Source: Minisyncoccota bacterium (GTDB lineage Bacteria > Patescibacteriota > Minisyncoccia > Phycocordibacterales > UBA9973). Taken from it: DNA of 64,000 nucleotides. Made by a program: the position numbers and the translations under genes. The notes beneath the pieces were generated by a model that worked only from the letters and a program-made list of their open reading frames with translations, was not told the origin of the DNA and did not search any database. Every line of letters begins with the position of its first letter. The first letter of the stretch is position 1. The DNA is taken from assembly GCA_041664605.1 (NCBI GenBank), contig JBAYKO010000001.1:9220-73219 (forward strand), given 5' to 3'. Shown here piece after piece: positions 53,804-63,368 of this stretch.

Positions 53804-54565
53804 ATGAAAGTCAAAAAAATGATTACTCTTTCGGATAGAGAGGTTATAGAACTTATTATGTCTACGGATGATGGATGTAAAGTTTTAGCTTATTTAGTTA
53901 AAGCAAATTACAGCAATAACGAAGCAAGAATTCGTAATTCAATTTATTATGGTCTTAAAAGTAAAGGCATTGTTGCTGATATAAATACTTTTGACAGTAA
54001 TAAATTTAATGTTTTTCTCTCTGAAGTTGAGGAAATTATCGAAAAGAAGGAAGAAACTATCGACAAAGTTGATTTGAGTGAAATTTTGATTACAAGAATT
54101 GATTTTTCGGTTTTGGGATTTAATGCACTAAGGTTTGATTTAAAGATTACAAATCTAAAAGAGCTTGAAGATTATTTAGTTGCGGAACATAATAAATCTG
54201 GTGAAGACGCAGAAAATTGTCTCAAGCGGGGAAAAGTAAGTTTGTTTGGAAAAAAATCTTTTCAAGAACTAATAGCTCTTTTAAGAAAGCACAAACTTCA
54301 AATAAATCCAGATGGGAGAATTATTCCAATAGAGAAAGATCCAACCCTAAATTGGCATAAAATAAAAGATATTGATATGACCGTAAGATCCTCTAATCTG
54401 CTAAAAAGTAGCAATTTTCTTGCGAAAGAAGGATTCACTTTTCTTGAAGAATTGCAACAGTATTCTAAGGAGGATTTGATGAGAATCCGGAATATGGGAG
54501 AAAAGAGCGTAATCGAAATTAATAATTTGATGAAGGAAAAAAAATTATCACTTCGTCAAGAATAA
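53804..54565 (+). CDS. protein with tandem RNA polymerase alpha-subunit C-terminal-domain-like modules
   Basis: MTVRSSNLLKSSNFLAKEGFTFLEELQQYSKEDLMRIRNMGEKSVIEINNLMKEKKLSL resembles the RpoA alpha-CTD (LTVRSANCLK...LLKTPNLGKKSLTEIKDVL). Confidence 0.5.
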   Translation: MKVKKMITLSDREVIELIMSTDDGCKVLAYLVKANYSNNEARIRNSIYYGLKSKGIVADINTFDSNKFNVFLSEVEEIIEKKEETIDKVDLSEILITRIDFSVLGFNALRFDLKITNLKELEDYLVAEHNKSGEDAENCLKRGKVSLFGKKSFQELIALLRKHKLQINPDGRIIPIEKDPTLNWHKIKDIDMTVRSSNLLKSSNFLAKEGFTFLEELQQYSKEDLMRIRNMGEKSVIEINNLMKEKKLSLRQE

Positions 54566-54716
54566 AGAATAGTCCTTTTGTAAAAGCGGACAGAGAAATC
54601 TGTCCGCTTTTTGATTTTGTTATTTTCATTTTGAATGTTATTATTATATTTGAATCAAGTATTTATTTTAGTCTTTTTACTAGAACCTAGCCCCTAGAAC
54701 CTAACACCTAATTCAT

Positions 54717-55271
54717 ATGGCATACAATCTTTCAAATTTTAAAAACGAAATAAAGAAAGTTGAAGAATGGCTTTCTAAAGAGTATTCTCAAATTCACACA
54801 GGGAGAGCATCTCCAATATTTTTAGATTCCGTTTTTGTAGAATCTTATGGGACATTGATGGCTATAAAAAATATTGGCTCAGTTTCTATCGAAGATCCAA
54901 AGACACTTCGAGTTTCTCCGTGGGATAAAAGTCAGATTAAGGCTGTTGAAAAAGCTATAATCTCTGCTAATCTAGGACTTTCTGTTGTGCCTGATGAAGC
55001 TGGCCTTCGAGTAATATTTCCAATGTTAACCACAGAAAATAGAACATCGATTGTTAAAATTTTAAAAGAAAGATTAGAAGACGCTAGAATTTCTGTTAGA
55101 AAAGAAAGAGAAAAAGTTTGGAATGATATTCAAGATAAAGAGACGGCCGGGTCTATTTCTGAAGATGATAAATTTATGGCGAAAGACGAACTTCAAAAAA
55201 TAATAGATGAAACGAATGCTAATCTTGAAGTAATTTTTGATAAAAAAGAAAAAGAAGTAATGAATCAATAA
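54717..55271 (+). CDS. frr: ribosome recycling factor
   Basis: typical RRF sequence across the full 184 aa. Confidence 0.85.
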   Translation: MAYNLSNFKNEIKKVEEWLSKEYSQIHTGRASPIFLDSVFVESYGTLMAIKNIGSVSIEDPKTLRVSPWDKSQIKAVEKAIISANLGLSVVPDEAGLRVIFPMLTTENRTSIVKILKERLEDARISVRKEREKVWNDIQDKETAGSISEDDKFMAKDELQKIIDETNANLEVIFDKKEKEVMNQ

Positions 55272-55272
55272 T

Positions 55273-56367
55273 ATGAGTGTAATAATTTTTATAATCGTAC
55301 TTGCAATATTAATCTTAGCTCATGAATTGGGGCATTTTCTTACTGCCAAAAAATTTGGTATTAAAGTGGAAGAATTTGGCTTTGGATATCCGCCTAAAAT
55401 TTATGGAATTAAAAGAGGTGAAACAACATATTCTATCAACTGGCTTCCTTTTGGTGGTTTTGTAAAAATCTTTGGACAAGATCCCGACGAAGAATCAACT
55501 CATGGTCATGACAGTAAGAGAAGTTTTGTTCATAAACCAAAAAGTGTTCAAGCTATTGTTTTATCTGCTGGAATTATTGCAAATATTTTACTTGCGTGGC
55601 TTTTGTTTTCTGTCGGGTTTATTTCTGGTCTTCCAGTTTCTATTGCGGGGCCATCTTTACAAAATGAAGCAAAAGATAAAGCGCTCATTGTCTCAAGTGT
55701 TTTAAAAGATTCTCCAGCTTATATATCGGGACTAGAACAAGGTGATAAAATTATTTCCCTTTCTCAAAAAGAAAATGTTTTAACAGATGTAAACACAGAA
55801 GGTGTGCAAGAATTTATTTCTTCAAGTAATGGAAAAGAAATTAATATTTCTCTAATAAGAAATGGCGAAGAAAAAACTATTTCAGTTTTACCAAAAGAAG
55901 GAATTGCAAAAGGTAAATATGCGATAGGAATTTCTATGGATATGATAGGGAAAGTTAAACTTTCAGTTCCGAGAGCTTTTTACGAAGGAGCAAAATTAAC
56001 TGGTTTTGTTATTAAAGAAACAGTCGTGGCACTATATGATTTGATTAAAGGTGCATTTATTGGGAAAGCAGACTTCTCGTCTGTTACTGGGCCTATTGGT
56101 ATTATTGGTGTAGTAGGGAATGCCTATAGTTTTGGTTTTATTTATCTTATTTCTTTTATGGCATTTATCTCTATTAACTTGGCGATTATAAACTTAATAC
56201 CATTTCCAGCGCTTGATGGGGGTAGATTGTTTTTCCTTCTCATAGAGAAGATAAAAGGCTCTCCAATTAACCCTAAAATCGCAAATACCCTTAATTCTAT
56301 TGGTTTTATTCTACTTGTAATACTTATGGTTGTTGTCACATACCATGATGTAATTAAGTTGTTCTAA
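55273..56367 (+). CDS. rseP: site-2 protease RseP family zinc metalloprotease
   Basis: HELGHFLTAK (HExxH), a PDZ domain and the NLIPFPALDGG motif. Confidence 0.85.
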   Translation: MSVIIFIIVLAILILAHELGHFLTAKKFGIKVEEFGFGYPPKIYGIKRGETTYSINWLPFGGFVKIFGQDPDEESTHGHDSKRSFVHKPKSVQAIVLSAGIIANILLAWLLFSVGFISGLPVSIAGPSLQNEAKDKALIVSSVLKDSPAYISGLEQGDKIISLSQKENVLTDVNTEGVQEFISSSNGKEINISLIRNGEEKTISVLPKEGIAKGKYAIGISMDMIGKVKLSVPRAFYEGAKLTGFVIKETVVALYDLIKGAFIGKADFSSVTGPIGIIGVVGNAYSFGFIYLISFMAFISINLAIINLIPFPALDGGRLFFLLIEKIKGSPINPKIANTLNSIGFILLVILMVVVTYHDVIKLF

Positions 56368-56608
56368 AGAAAAAAGGTCATTCTCTTGCATTTATTTTAA
56401 ATTTATGGTTTAATAGAAAGTAATAGATGACCAAAAAAGTACCGGTTTGACAGAGTTTAAAAGTTTAGACATCTCTAATTTGTAGAAAAATTTGACTTTT
56501 TATACTATAGTGATAGAATAATTTTTAGGCATTTAAATAATCTTTAGAAGTTAAATTAATAACCCGCCTGAGGCGGAAAAATTCTGCGAAAAGCAGAATA
56601 AAAAATAT

Positions 56609-57640
56609 ATGACAACAGCAGTTAAATTTAAACCAAAGCAAGTGACAAAGAAGATGCTCGGAGTATTACAAGAAAGAGCACATGATATTATTTCAAATAG
56701 ATTTGGACTAGGAGAAGACGCTGAAAGAAAAACTTTAGAGTCTATCGGTCAGATTTATGGAATTACAAGAGAGCGTGTTCGTCAAATTGAGAATGCGGCA
56801 CTAAACGCTATCAAAAAATCAGAAGCTTTCAAAAAAGAGCAAGCTGTACTAGACGAACTTAAAGAAATAATTGATTCACTAGGTGCTGTTGTTGTTGAAG
56901 ATGACTTATTGTCACATATTTCTAAAGATGCCTCTACTCAAAATCACATTCATTTCTATTTAGTACTAGGAGATGAATTTACAAAACACAAAGAAGATGA
57001 ACATTTTAATTCAAGATGGAGTATTGACTCTGATGTAACAGATGAAATTCATACTTCTTTAAAAAATCTTTACGAAAGTCTAGAAGCTGATGAGATAGTT
57101 CCTGAAGCTGAAATCATTGCAAGATTTTTGAATAATATAAAAAATGTTTCTGAAGATTATAAAAATGATGAGATTGCAAAAAGATGGTTGGGTCTATCAA
57201 AAAGAATTACAAAAAACCCACTTGGTGAATGGGGTAAATCAGAATCTTCAAATGTTAATATCAGAGGTATTAAGGATTATGCTTTCTTAATGATGAGAAA
57301 ACATGGATCACCTATGCACTTCAGAGAAGTTGCAAAAGCTATAACGAATACTTTTGGGAAGAAAACACACACTGCAACTTGTCACAACGAACTTATAAAA
57401 GATAAAAGATTTGTTCTTGTTGGTCGCGGAATGTATGCTCTAACAGAATGGGGATATAAGGGTGGTGTAGCAAAAGAAGTTATTGCTGATATCCTAAAGA
57501 AAGAAGGCCCAATGTCAAAAGATGACATAATTGAAAAAGTTCTAAAAGAAAGATATCTAAAACCAAACACTATTTTAGTAAATCTACAAAATCCTAAATA
57601 TTTTAAAAAGAATAAAAACGGACTATACTCAGTAGCTTAA
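56609..57640 (+). CDS. protein with an N-terminal sigma-70 region-4-like HTH and an unknown C-terminal domain
   Basis: RFGLGEDAERKTLESIGQIYGITRERVRQIENAALNAIKK is a sigma70 region 4.2 pattern; no regions 2 or 3. Confidence 0.5.
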   Translation: MTTAVKFKPKQVTKKMLGVLQERAHDIISNRFGLGEDAERKTLESIGQIYGITRERVRQIENAALNAIKKSEAFKKEQAVLDELKEIIDSLGAVVVEDDLLSHISKDASTQNHIHFYLVLGDEFTKHKEDEHFNSRWSIDSDVTDEIHTSLKNLYESLEADEIVPEAEIIARFLNNIKNVSEDYKNDEIAKRWLGLSKRITKNPLGEWGKSESSNVNIRGIKDYAFLMMRKHGSPMHFREVAKAITNTFGKKTHTATCHNELIKDKRFVLVGRGMYALTEWGYKGGVAKEVIADILKKEGPMSKDDIIEKVLKERYLKPNTILVNLQNPKYFKKNKNGLYSVA

Positions 57641-57720
57641 AAAATATTAAAAATCCCCCGATTCAGGTCGGGGGATTTTTAATATTTGGCTTTACTTTTA
57701 AAACATACTAAAATATAGAC

Positions 57721-58230
57721 ATGAATAAAATAAATAGACAAAAGGGGATAGCCCATGTAATACTTATTTTTATAGGCCTATTTCTTATTCTGGTTGTTTT
57801 TGGATATTTTTCTATGAATTACACAATGGCTCCAATTGATAATAATTTTATCAATCAAAATCAGAATAATAATAATAATCAGAATCCCAATAATACCCCT
57901 TTGGTTTGTGGGCTTAATTTAATTTTTCCCAAAGAAAATACGAAAATTTCTTTTCCTATGATAATAAAAGGTGTGGCTAATGGTTGCGGGTGGGTGGCGT
58001 TTGAAGGGCAAATAGGGACAGTTGAAATTGTCGATAATTCAGGGATTAGTGTGACAGCGCTCACACCAATAATGGTTAAAGAGACTAATTGGATGCAATT
58101 GCCCGTAACCTTTGAGACAATTGTTAATTTGAAAAATGTTCCTATTAGTAAAGCAGGTTTTCTAATTTTTAGAAATGATGATCCGTCTGGGGCTAATCCA
58201 AAAGTCGTAACTTTGCCGATTAAATTTTAA
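57721..58230 (+). CDS. hypothetical secreted/anchored protein
   Basis: N-terminal TM helix, N/Q-rich linker, then a beta-rich domain. Confidence 0.4.
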   Translation: MNKINRQKGIAHVILIFIGLFLILVVFGYFSMNYTMAPIDNNFINQNQNNNNNQNPNNTPLVCGLNLIFPKENTKISFPMIIKGVANGCGWVAFEGQIGTVEIVDNSGISVTALTPIMVKETNWMQLPVTFETIVNLKNVPISKAGFLIFRNDDPSGANPKVVTLPIKF

Positions 58231-58306
58231 AAAATACTTAATAATAAACAGTCCCAGTTTTACGGGGCTGTTTTTTTATATTGTTTAGTGTAAAATAGTA
58301 AGTGAT

Positions 58307-59548
58307 ATGAATAATTCTATTGGTGAATTTTTAAATTTAATTTTTACTAACCTTTTCCAATTTCTTGGAGACTCTGCTATTTTTTGGGCGCCACCGGTTT
58401 TGATTTTTGTTGGTTGGGAATTATGGCTTCGTTATAAAAACATGCTTTTCATTTCAAAGATGAAATGGTCACTCTTAGAAATTCGAGTTCCTAAGGATGT
58501 TTTTAAATCTCCGCTTGCAATGGAAATAATGCTCGCAAATGCTTTTTATCAAACAGGAGGGACGGGAACATGGTACGACAAATATTGGTTAGGAAAAGTT
58601 AGAATGTGGTTTTCTTTGGAAATAATTTCTCTTGGTGGAAAAGTTTATTTTTTAATGAAAATACCATCCCAGTTTAGAAACATTGTTGAGACACAAATTT
58701 ATGCTCAATATCCACAAGCTGAAATAAATGAAATAGATGATTACACTGACATGATACCACCATATGAAGATAAGTCTGGTGAATGGCTTATGTTTGGAAC
58801 AGAATTTACTTTAACTAAGGCAGATCCTTATCCAATTAGAACTTATATTGATTATGGATTAGATAGATCAGTCGGCCAAGAAGAAGAACAAAAAATTGAT
58901 CCAATCACTCCTTTAATTGAAAATCTAGGTTCAATAGGGAAAGATGAACAAATTTGGTTTCAAATTATAATTCGTGCTGCTACAAATCGCTATCCCAAAA
59001 AAGATGGAAAATTTAATCAAAAACAGGGTTGGGTAGATGAAGCAAAAGCTCTTGTTAAGGAATTGAAAGATAAGGGTAGACCAAAAGAAAAAGGAGAAAT
59101 GCCAACACCTCTGACTAAGGGTGAAAATGAAGTTATTTCTGCAATTGAAAGAAGTATGGATAAGATGGCATTTGATTGTGGTATGAGGGCTATTTATTTA
59201 GGAAAGAAAGATGTTTTCGCCAAAGCCAATAATATAACTGCTCTTACGGGTATGTTTAAACAATTTAATTCAGCTAGTTTGAATGGTTTTAAACCTAAAA
59301 ATGTAACAGGCTTTGATTATCCATGGCAAGACCCAGGTGGATCGAGAACTGATCATTTAAAAAGAGAAATATTTGAACAATATAAAGCAAGATCATATTT
59401 TTATCATCCCCACAAAAAACAACCGTTTTTGTTAACTAGTGAAGAATTAGCAACCATTTACCACTTTCCTGGAAGAGTTCTTGAAACACCAACATTTAAG
59501 CGTCTTGAATCTAAAAAATCTGAACCACCTTATAATTTGCCTGTATAA
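58307..59548 (+). CDS. hypothetical protein
   Basis: 413-aa ORF with an N-terminal hydrophobic segment. Confidence 0.45.
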   Translation: MNNSIGEFLNLIFTNLFQFLGDSAIFWAPPVLIFVGWELWLRYKNMLFISKMKWSLLEIRVPKDVFKSPLAMEIMLANAFYQTGGTGTWYDKYWLGKVRMWFSLEIISLGGKVYFLMKIPSQFRNIVETQIYAQYPQAEINEIDDYTDMIPPYEDKSGEWLMFGTEFTLTKADPYPIRTYIDYGLDRSVGQEEEQKIDPITPLIENLGSIGKDEQIWFQIIIRAATNRYPKKDGKFNQKQGWVDEAKALVKELKDKGRPKEKGEMPTPLTKGENEVISAIERSMDKMAFDCGMRAIYLGKKDVFAKANNITALTGMFKQFNSASLNGFKPKNVTGFDYPWQDPGGSRTDHLKREIFEQYKARSYFYHPHKKQPFLLTSEELATIYHFPGRVLETPTFKRLESKKSEPPYNLPV

Positions 59549-59553
59549 TTTTT

Positions 59554-60579
59554 ATGGACGAACAGAACCAAGACACTTCAGAATTTTTTCCTCAAGAAAA
59601 TTCAACCAAAGAGAAAATTTTTAAAATTTTCAATAAAACCAAAAAAATTATTTTGGTTTTATTGGTTTTATTAATTTTTTTAGTAACATCTTTTCGTTTT
59701 TTAATAAGTGCTCCGTCTAATTTTCCTATTGATAAAATTTATACAGTGGAAGAAGGAAGCTCTTTGACTAAGGCTTCTAATGATTTAAGAGAAAGCAATA
59801 TTATTAGAAATAAAAATGCTTTTCAATTTTTCTCTATCTTATTTGGTGATGATAAAAATATAATTGCTGGGGATTATTTTTTTGATAAAAAAATGAATGT
59901 CATTGAGATTGCACTTCGAATTTCAAAAGGTTATAGAAATCTTAACGAAATTAAAATAACAATTCCCGAAGGTTATAGTGTTAAAGAGATGTCTGAAACT
60001 CTTTCAGAAAAATTACCATATTTTAACAAAGAAGAATTTATGAATATGGCAAAAGATAAAGAAGGCTATTTATTTCCAGATACATATTTTCTTTATCCAA
60101 AATCAAAAACTAGTGAAATAATAAAAATTTTTGAAGACAATTTTGATAAAAAAATTAAGTCTATTAATGATGATTTAGAAAAAACTGATAAAAATCTTAA
60201 GCAAATAATTACGATGGCTTCTATTATAGAAAAAGAAGCTAACAAAGATGGAGATAGGGAAGTTGTCTCGGGTATTTTATGGAAAAGAATTAAAATAGGA
60301 CTTCCTCTTCAAGTTGATGCTACTTTTCTATATATAAACGGAAAGGGTTCGTCAGATCTTACTGTCGACGATTTAAAAATTGATTCACTTTATAACACTT
60401 ATAAATACAAAGGACTTCCGCCGGGACCAATATGTAATCCTGGAATAAAATCTATATTGGCTGCTATTTATCCAGAATCTTCTCCGTACTTATATTACCT
60501 TCATGATAAGGATGGGAACATCCATTATGCTAAAACTTTTGCGGAGCATAAAAAGAACAAAAGCCTTTATTTGAAATAA
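59554..60579 (+). CDS. mltG: endolytic murein transglycosylase MltG (YceG-like)
   Basis: N-terminal TM helix; YceG domain LPLQVDATFLY...YNTYKYKGLPPGPICNPG. Confidence 0.8.
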   Translation: MDEQNQDTSEFFPQENSTKEKIFKIFNKTKKIILVLLVLLIFLVTSFRFLISAPSNFPIDKIYTVEEGSSLTKASNDLRESNIIRNKNAFQFFSILFGDDKNIIAGDYFFDKKMNVIEIALRISKGYRNLNEIKITIPEGYSVKEMSETLSEKLPYFNKEEFMNMAKDKEGYLFPDTYFLYPKSKTSEIIKIFEDNFDKKIKSINDDLEKTDKNLKQIITMASIIEKEANKDGDREVVSGILWKRIKIGLPLQVDATFLYINGKGSSDLTVDDLKIDSLYNTYKYKGLPPGPICNPGIKSILAAIYPESSPYLYYLHDKDGNIHYAKTFAEHKKNKSLYLK

Positions 60580-60589
60580 AAAATCTTTA

Positions 60590-61318
60590 TTGACCACTAT
60601 ATTAGAATATGGTAGTATCTTTTTAGATGTAAATTTTAAAGTTTTGATAATGGGCAAAAGAAAACGAAAAAATATCAAAGAAAAAGATCGCTTTAAGGGG
60701 AGTATCTTCAATATTTTCCACCACCTCAAAAAAGAAAGGTTAATAGAATCTTTTGAAAAAAATGGAAGTAATATTTCGTCAGAAGTTTTTTCTTTTAAGG
60801 TAATTTTAAAAAAGGGATTATCTCAGACGATCTCTTTGTATAAAACTAAGATTGAAGAAAACTGCAATCAAGTTTCAGAAAAAAGTAAGGAGGTAAAAAT
60901 TTTAATAGGTGATAAACTCAATATTAATGACCTTGCTCATATAATTAAGAAGGCTCTCACTCATAGAATAAACGGAGATGAAATTGAGAAAGATTTTTTC
61001 CAGTTTGTTTTGTGTAAAATAGTGAATAAAGGTAAATCTCTTTCAGATATCGAAAAAACCGATGACAAAACGGATTGTCTGCAAGGAATTGATTATTTTT
61101 TGATTTTTTGTGGGAAGAAAATTCCAATTCAGATAAAATCAGCCACAAGAGAGCAGGAAAAACATACTAAAACTTTTCCTAAAATTCCTTCCCTTGTATG
61201 GAAAAAATTTGTTCCAGAAGAAACTAAGGAGCAAGTTGAGAAAAGGAAAGATAGTATTTTTGCCATTTGTACAGGATATATAGATGGGAAGATAAAACAT
61301 TTACAGATAACATTTTAA
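60590..61318 (+). CDS. hypothetical protein
   Basis: 242-aa ORF. Confidence 0.4.
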   Translation: MTTILEYGSIFLDVNFKVLIMGKRKRKNIKEKDRFKGSIFNIFHHLKKERLIESFEKNGSNISSEVFSFKVILKKGLSQTISLYKTKIEENCNQVSEKSKEVKILIGDKLNINDLAHIIKKALTHRINGDEIEKDFFQFVLCKIVNKGKSLSDIEKTDDKTDCLQGIDYFLIFCGKKIPIQIKSATREQEKHTKTFPKIPSLVWKKFVPEETKEQVEKRKDSIFAICTGYIDGKIKHLQITF

Positions 61319-61478
61319 AAAAGAGCGCCGATAATGGCGCTCTTCTGTTTTTTGTGTATACTAATTAAAAACCTGTCCCGTACTAAATTTTTGATTATTA
61401 TGTATAAAAATAAAAATTTAAGTCGAGATAGGGATAAAAAGTTAAATTCATTATTAAATATAAAATTTTAGTACTGGG

Positions 61479-62579
61479 ATGACTAAAAATAAAAATAAAA
61501 ATAAAATAAATAAGACAGTTTTTGTTGGAGTTTCAGGAGGAGTTGATTCCGCTGTTTCTTTGGCATTACTCAAACAAACTGGTTTTAATGTTGTCGGGGT
61601 TTTTATAAAAGTTTGGCAACCACCATTTTTGACTTGCTCGTGGAGAGAAGAAAGACGCGATGCAATGAGAGTTTGTGCGCATTTGGATGTTCCTTTTTTA
61701 ATGTTTGATTTTGAAAAAGAATATAAAAAAGAAGTGGCTGACTATATGATAAGAGAATATAGAGAAGGAAGAACTCCAAACCCTGATGTAATGTGTAATA
61801 AATATGTTAAATTCGGTGCGTTTTTAGATAAAGCGGTTTCTATGGGGGCAGATTATGTAGCTACTGGGCACTATAGTATTAGAAAAGAAATTTCTGGAAA
61901 AATACAAATGTTAGCTGGAAAAGATAAGAATAAAGACCAAAGTTATTTTCTTTGGACATTAAATCAAAAACAATTATCAAAAATTTTATTTCCAATAGGT
62001 GGATATAAAAAAGATCAGGTTAGAAAATTAGCTAAGAAATTTAATTTACCAAACGCAGAAAAAAAGGATAGCCAAGGAGTTTGTTTTGTTGGTAAATTAG
62101 ATGTAAAAGATTTTCTTAAAAATTATATAAAAGAAAAAAGTGGTAGTGTTTTAAATGAAAAAGGTAATGTGATAGGGAAACATGGTGGGGTTAATTTTTA
62201 CACAATAGGAGAGAGACATGGCTTTGTGATAAATAAAAAAACTGAAAAAGATAAACCATATTATGTGATTGCAAAAGATTTTAAGAAAAATACTATCACT
62301 GTCTCTCAAGATCTTTCTAAACTTAAAAAAACTGAAAAAGAAAAACAATTTATTAAAATAGAAAAAACAAATTGGATTTCTGGAACTCTACCATCTTTGA
62401 ATAAAAATTATCAAGCTAGAATTAGATACAGGCAAAAATTAGAAGATTGTGTTGTCAATTTTATGGACAGAAATAAGGCAATAGTAAAATTTGAAAATCC
62501 ACAAATCACAGCTACTTCGGGGCAATCTTTGGTTTTATATGACAAAGAGATTTGTTTGGGTGGTGGAATAATTATCTAA
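61479..62579 (+). CDS. mnmA: tRNA-specific 2-thiouridylase MnmA
   Basis: PP-loop VGVSGGVDSAV; catalytic Cys regions. Confidence 0.85.
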   Translation: MTKNKNKNKINKTVFVGVSGGVDSAVSLALLKQTGFNVVGVFIKVWQPPFLTCSWREERRDAMRVCAHLDVPFLMFDFEKEYKKEVADYMIREYREGRTPNPDVMCNKYVKFGAFLDKAVSMGADYVATGHYSIRKEISGKIQMLAGKDKNKDQSYFLWTLNQKQLSKILFPIGGYKKDQVRKLAKKFNLPNAEKKDSQGVCFVGKLDVKDFLKNYIKEKSGSVLNEKGNVIGKHGGVNFYTIGERHGFVINKKTEKDKPYYVIAKDFKKNTITVSQDLSKLKKTEKEKQFIKIEKTNWISGTLPSLNKNYQARIRYRQKLEDCVVNFMDRNKAIVKFENPQITATSGQSLVLYDKEICLGGGIII

Positions 62580-62881
62580 TTTCCCCAAAAAAGTTTTTGC
62601 TTCCTTTCTATCTTGTTGATATAATTATCTACAGATTTTTTAAATAGTTCTATATGAAAAAGAGAATTCTAGTGAAAGTCTCTTTAAGACAGATATCATT
62701 TAAAATGGTTTCTATTTTTTCCACCCTACTGATTGTGAGTTATGGAGAAATAATCAAAATCTATGTTAAATTTTCAGATCTTATAAGACTTCTAACATCT
62801 TAAAAAATTCCACCAAGTCAATAGGTGGGATTTTTGTTTTTTGGTATAATATAGTCAATATTATTATTTAATTTTTACACT

Positions 62882-63361
62882 ATGCAATTATTTATTTTAC
62901 AAAATAGTGACATTTTCTTAAGCCTTGTCATTGCCATGCTTTTAGGCCTAGTTATTGGAACAGAACGTTTATTTGCTAGAAAAAGTGCCAACATGAGGAC
63001 TTTTGCCCTTGTTAGTATGGGTTCAGCTTTGTTTGTGATTATCTCCAAAATGATGACAGATCAACTTGCTCCTGGGGTTTCTGATCCTTTGCGTATAGCT
63101 TCTCAGATTGTAGTAGGTATCGGTTTTCTTGGTGCGGGTTTAATTATTTTTGAAAAAGGAAAAATTACAGGATTAACAACCGCTACTGGACTTTGGGTAG
63201 TAGCTGGAATAGGAATGGCTTGTGGTTTTGGTTTATACAACCTTGCTGTAATTGCCACTGTCTTGACGCTTTTTATTTTTATAATTCTTTGGTTTGTAGA
63301 AGAACAACTTAAAAAAATATCTGACTTATCAGAAGATGAAGGAAAAGACAATCACGACTAA
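62882..63361 (+). CDS. MgtC/SapB family membrane protein
   Basis: GLVIGTERLFARKSANMRTFALV signature. Confidence 0.7.
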   Translation: MQLFILQNSDIFLSLVIAMLLGLVIGTERLFARKSANMRTFALVSMGSALFVIISKMMTDQLAPGVSDPLRIASQIVVGIGFLGAGLIIFEKGKITGLTTATGLWVVAGIGMACGFGLYNLAVIATVLTLFIFIILWFVEEQLKKISDLSEDEGKDNHD

Positions 63362-63368
63362 ATATAAT

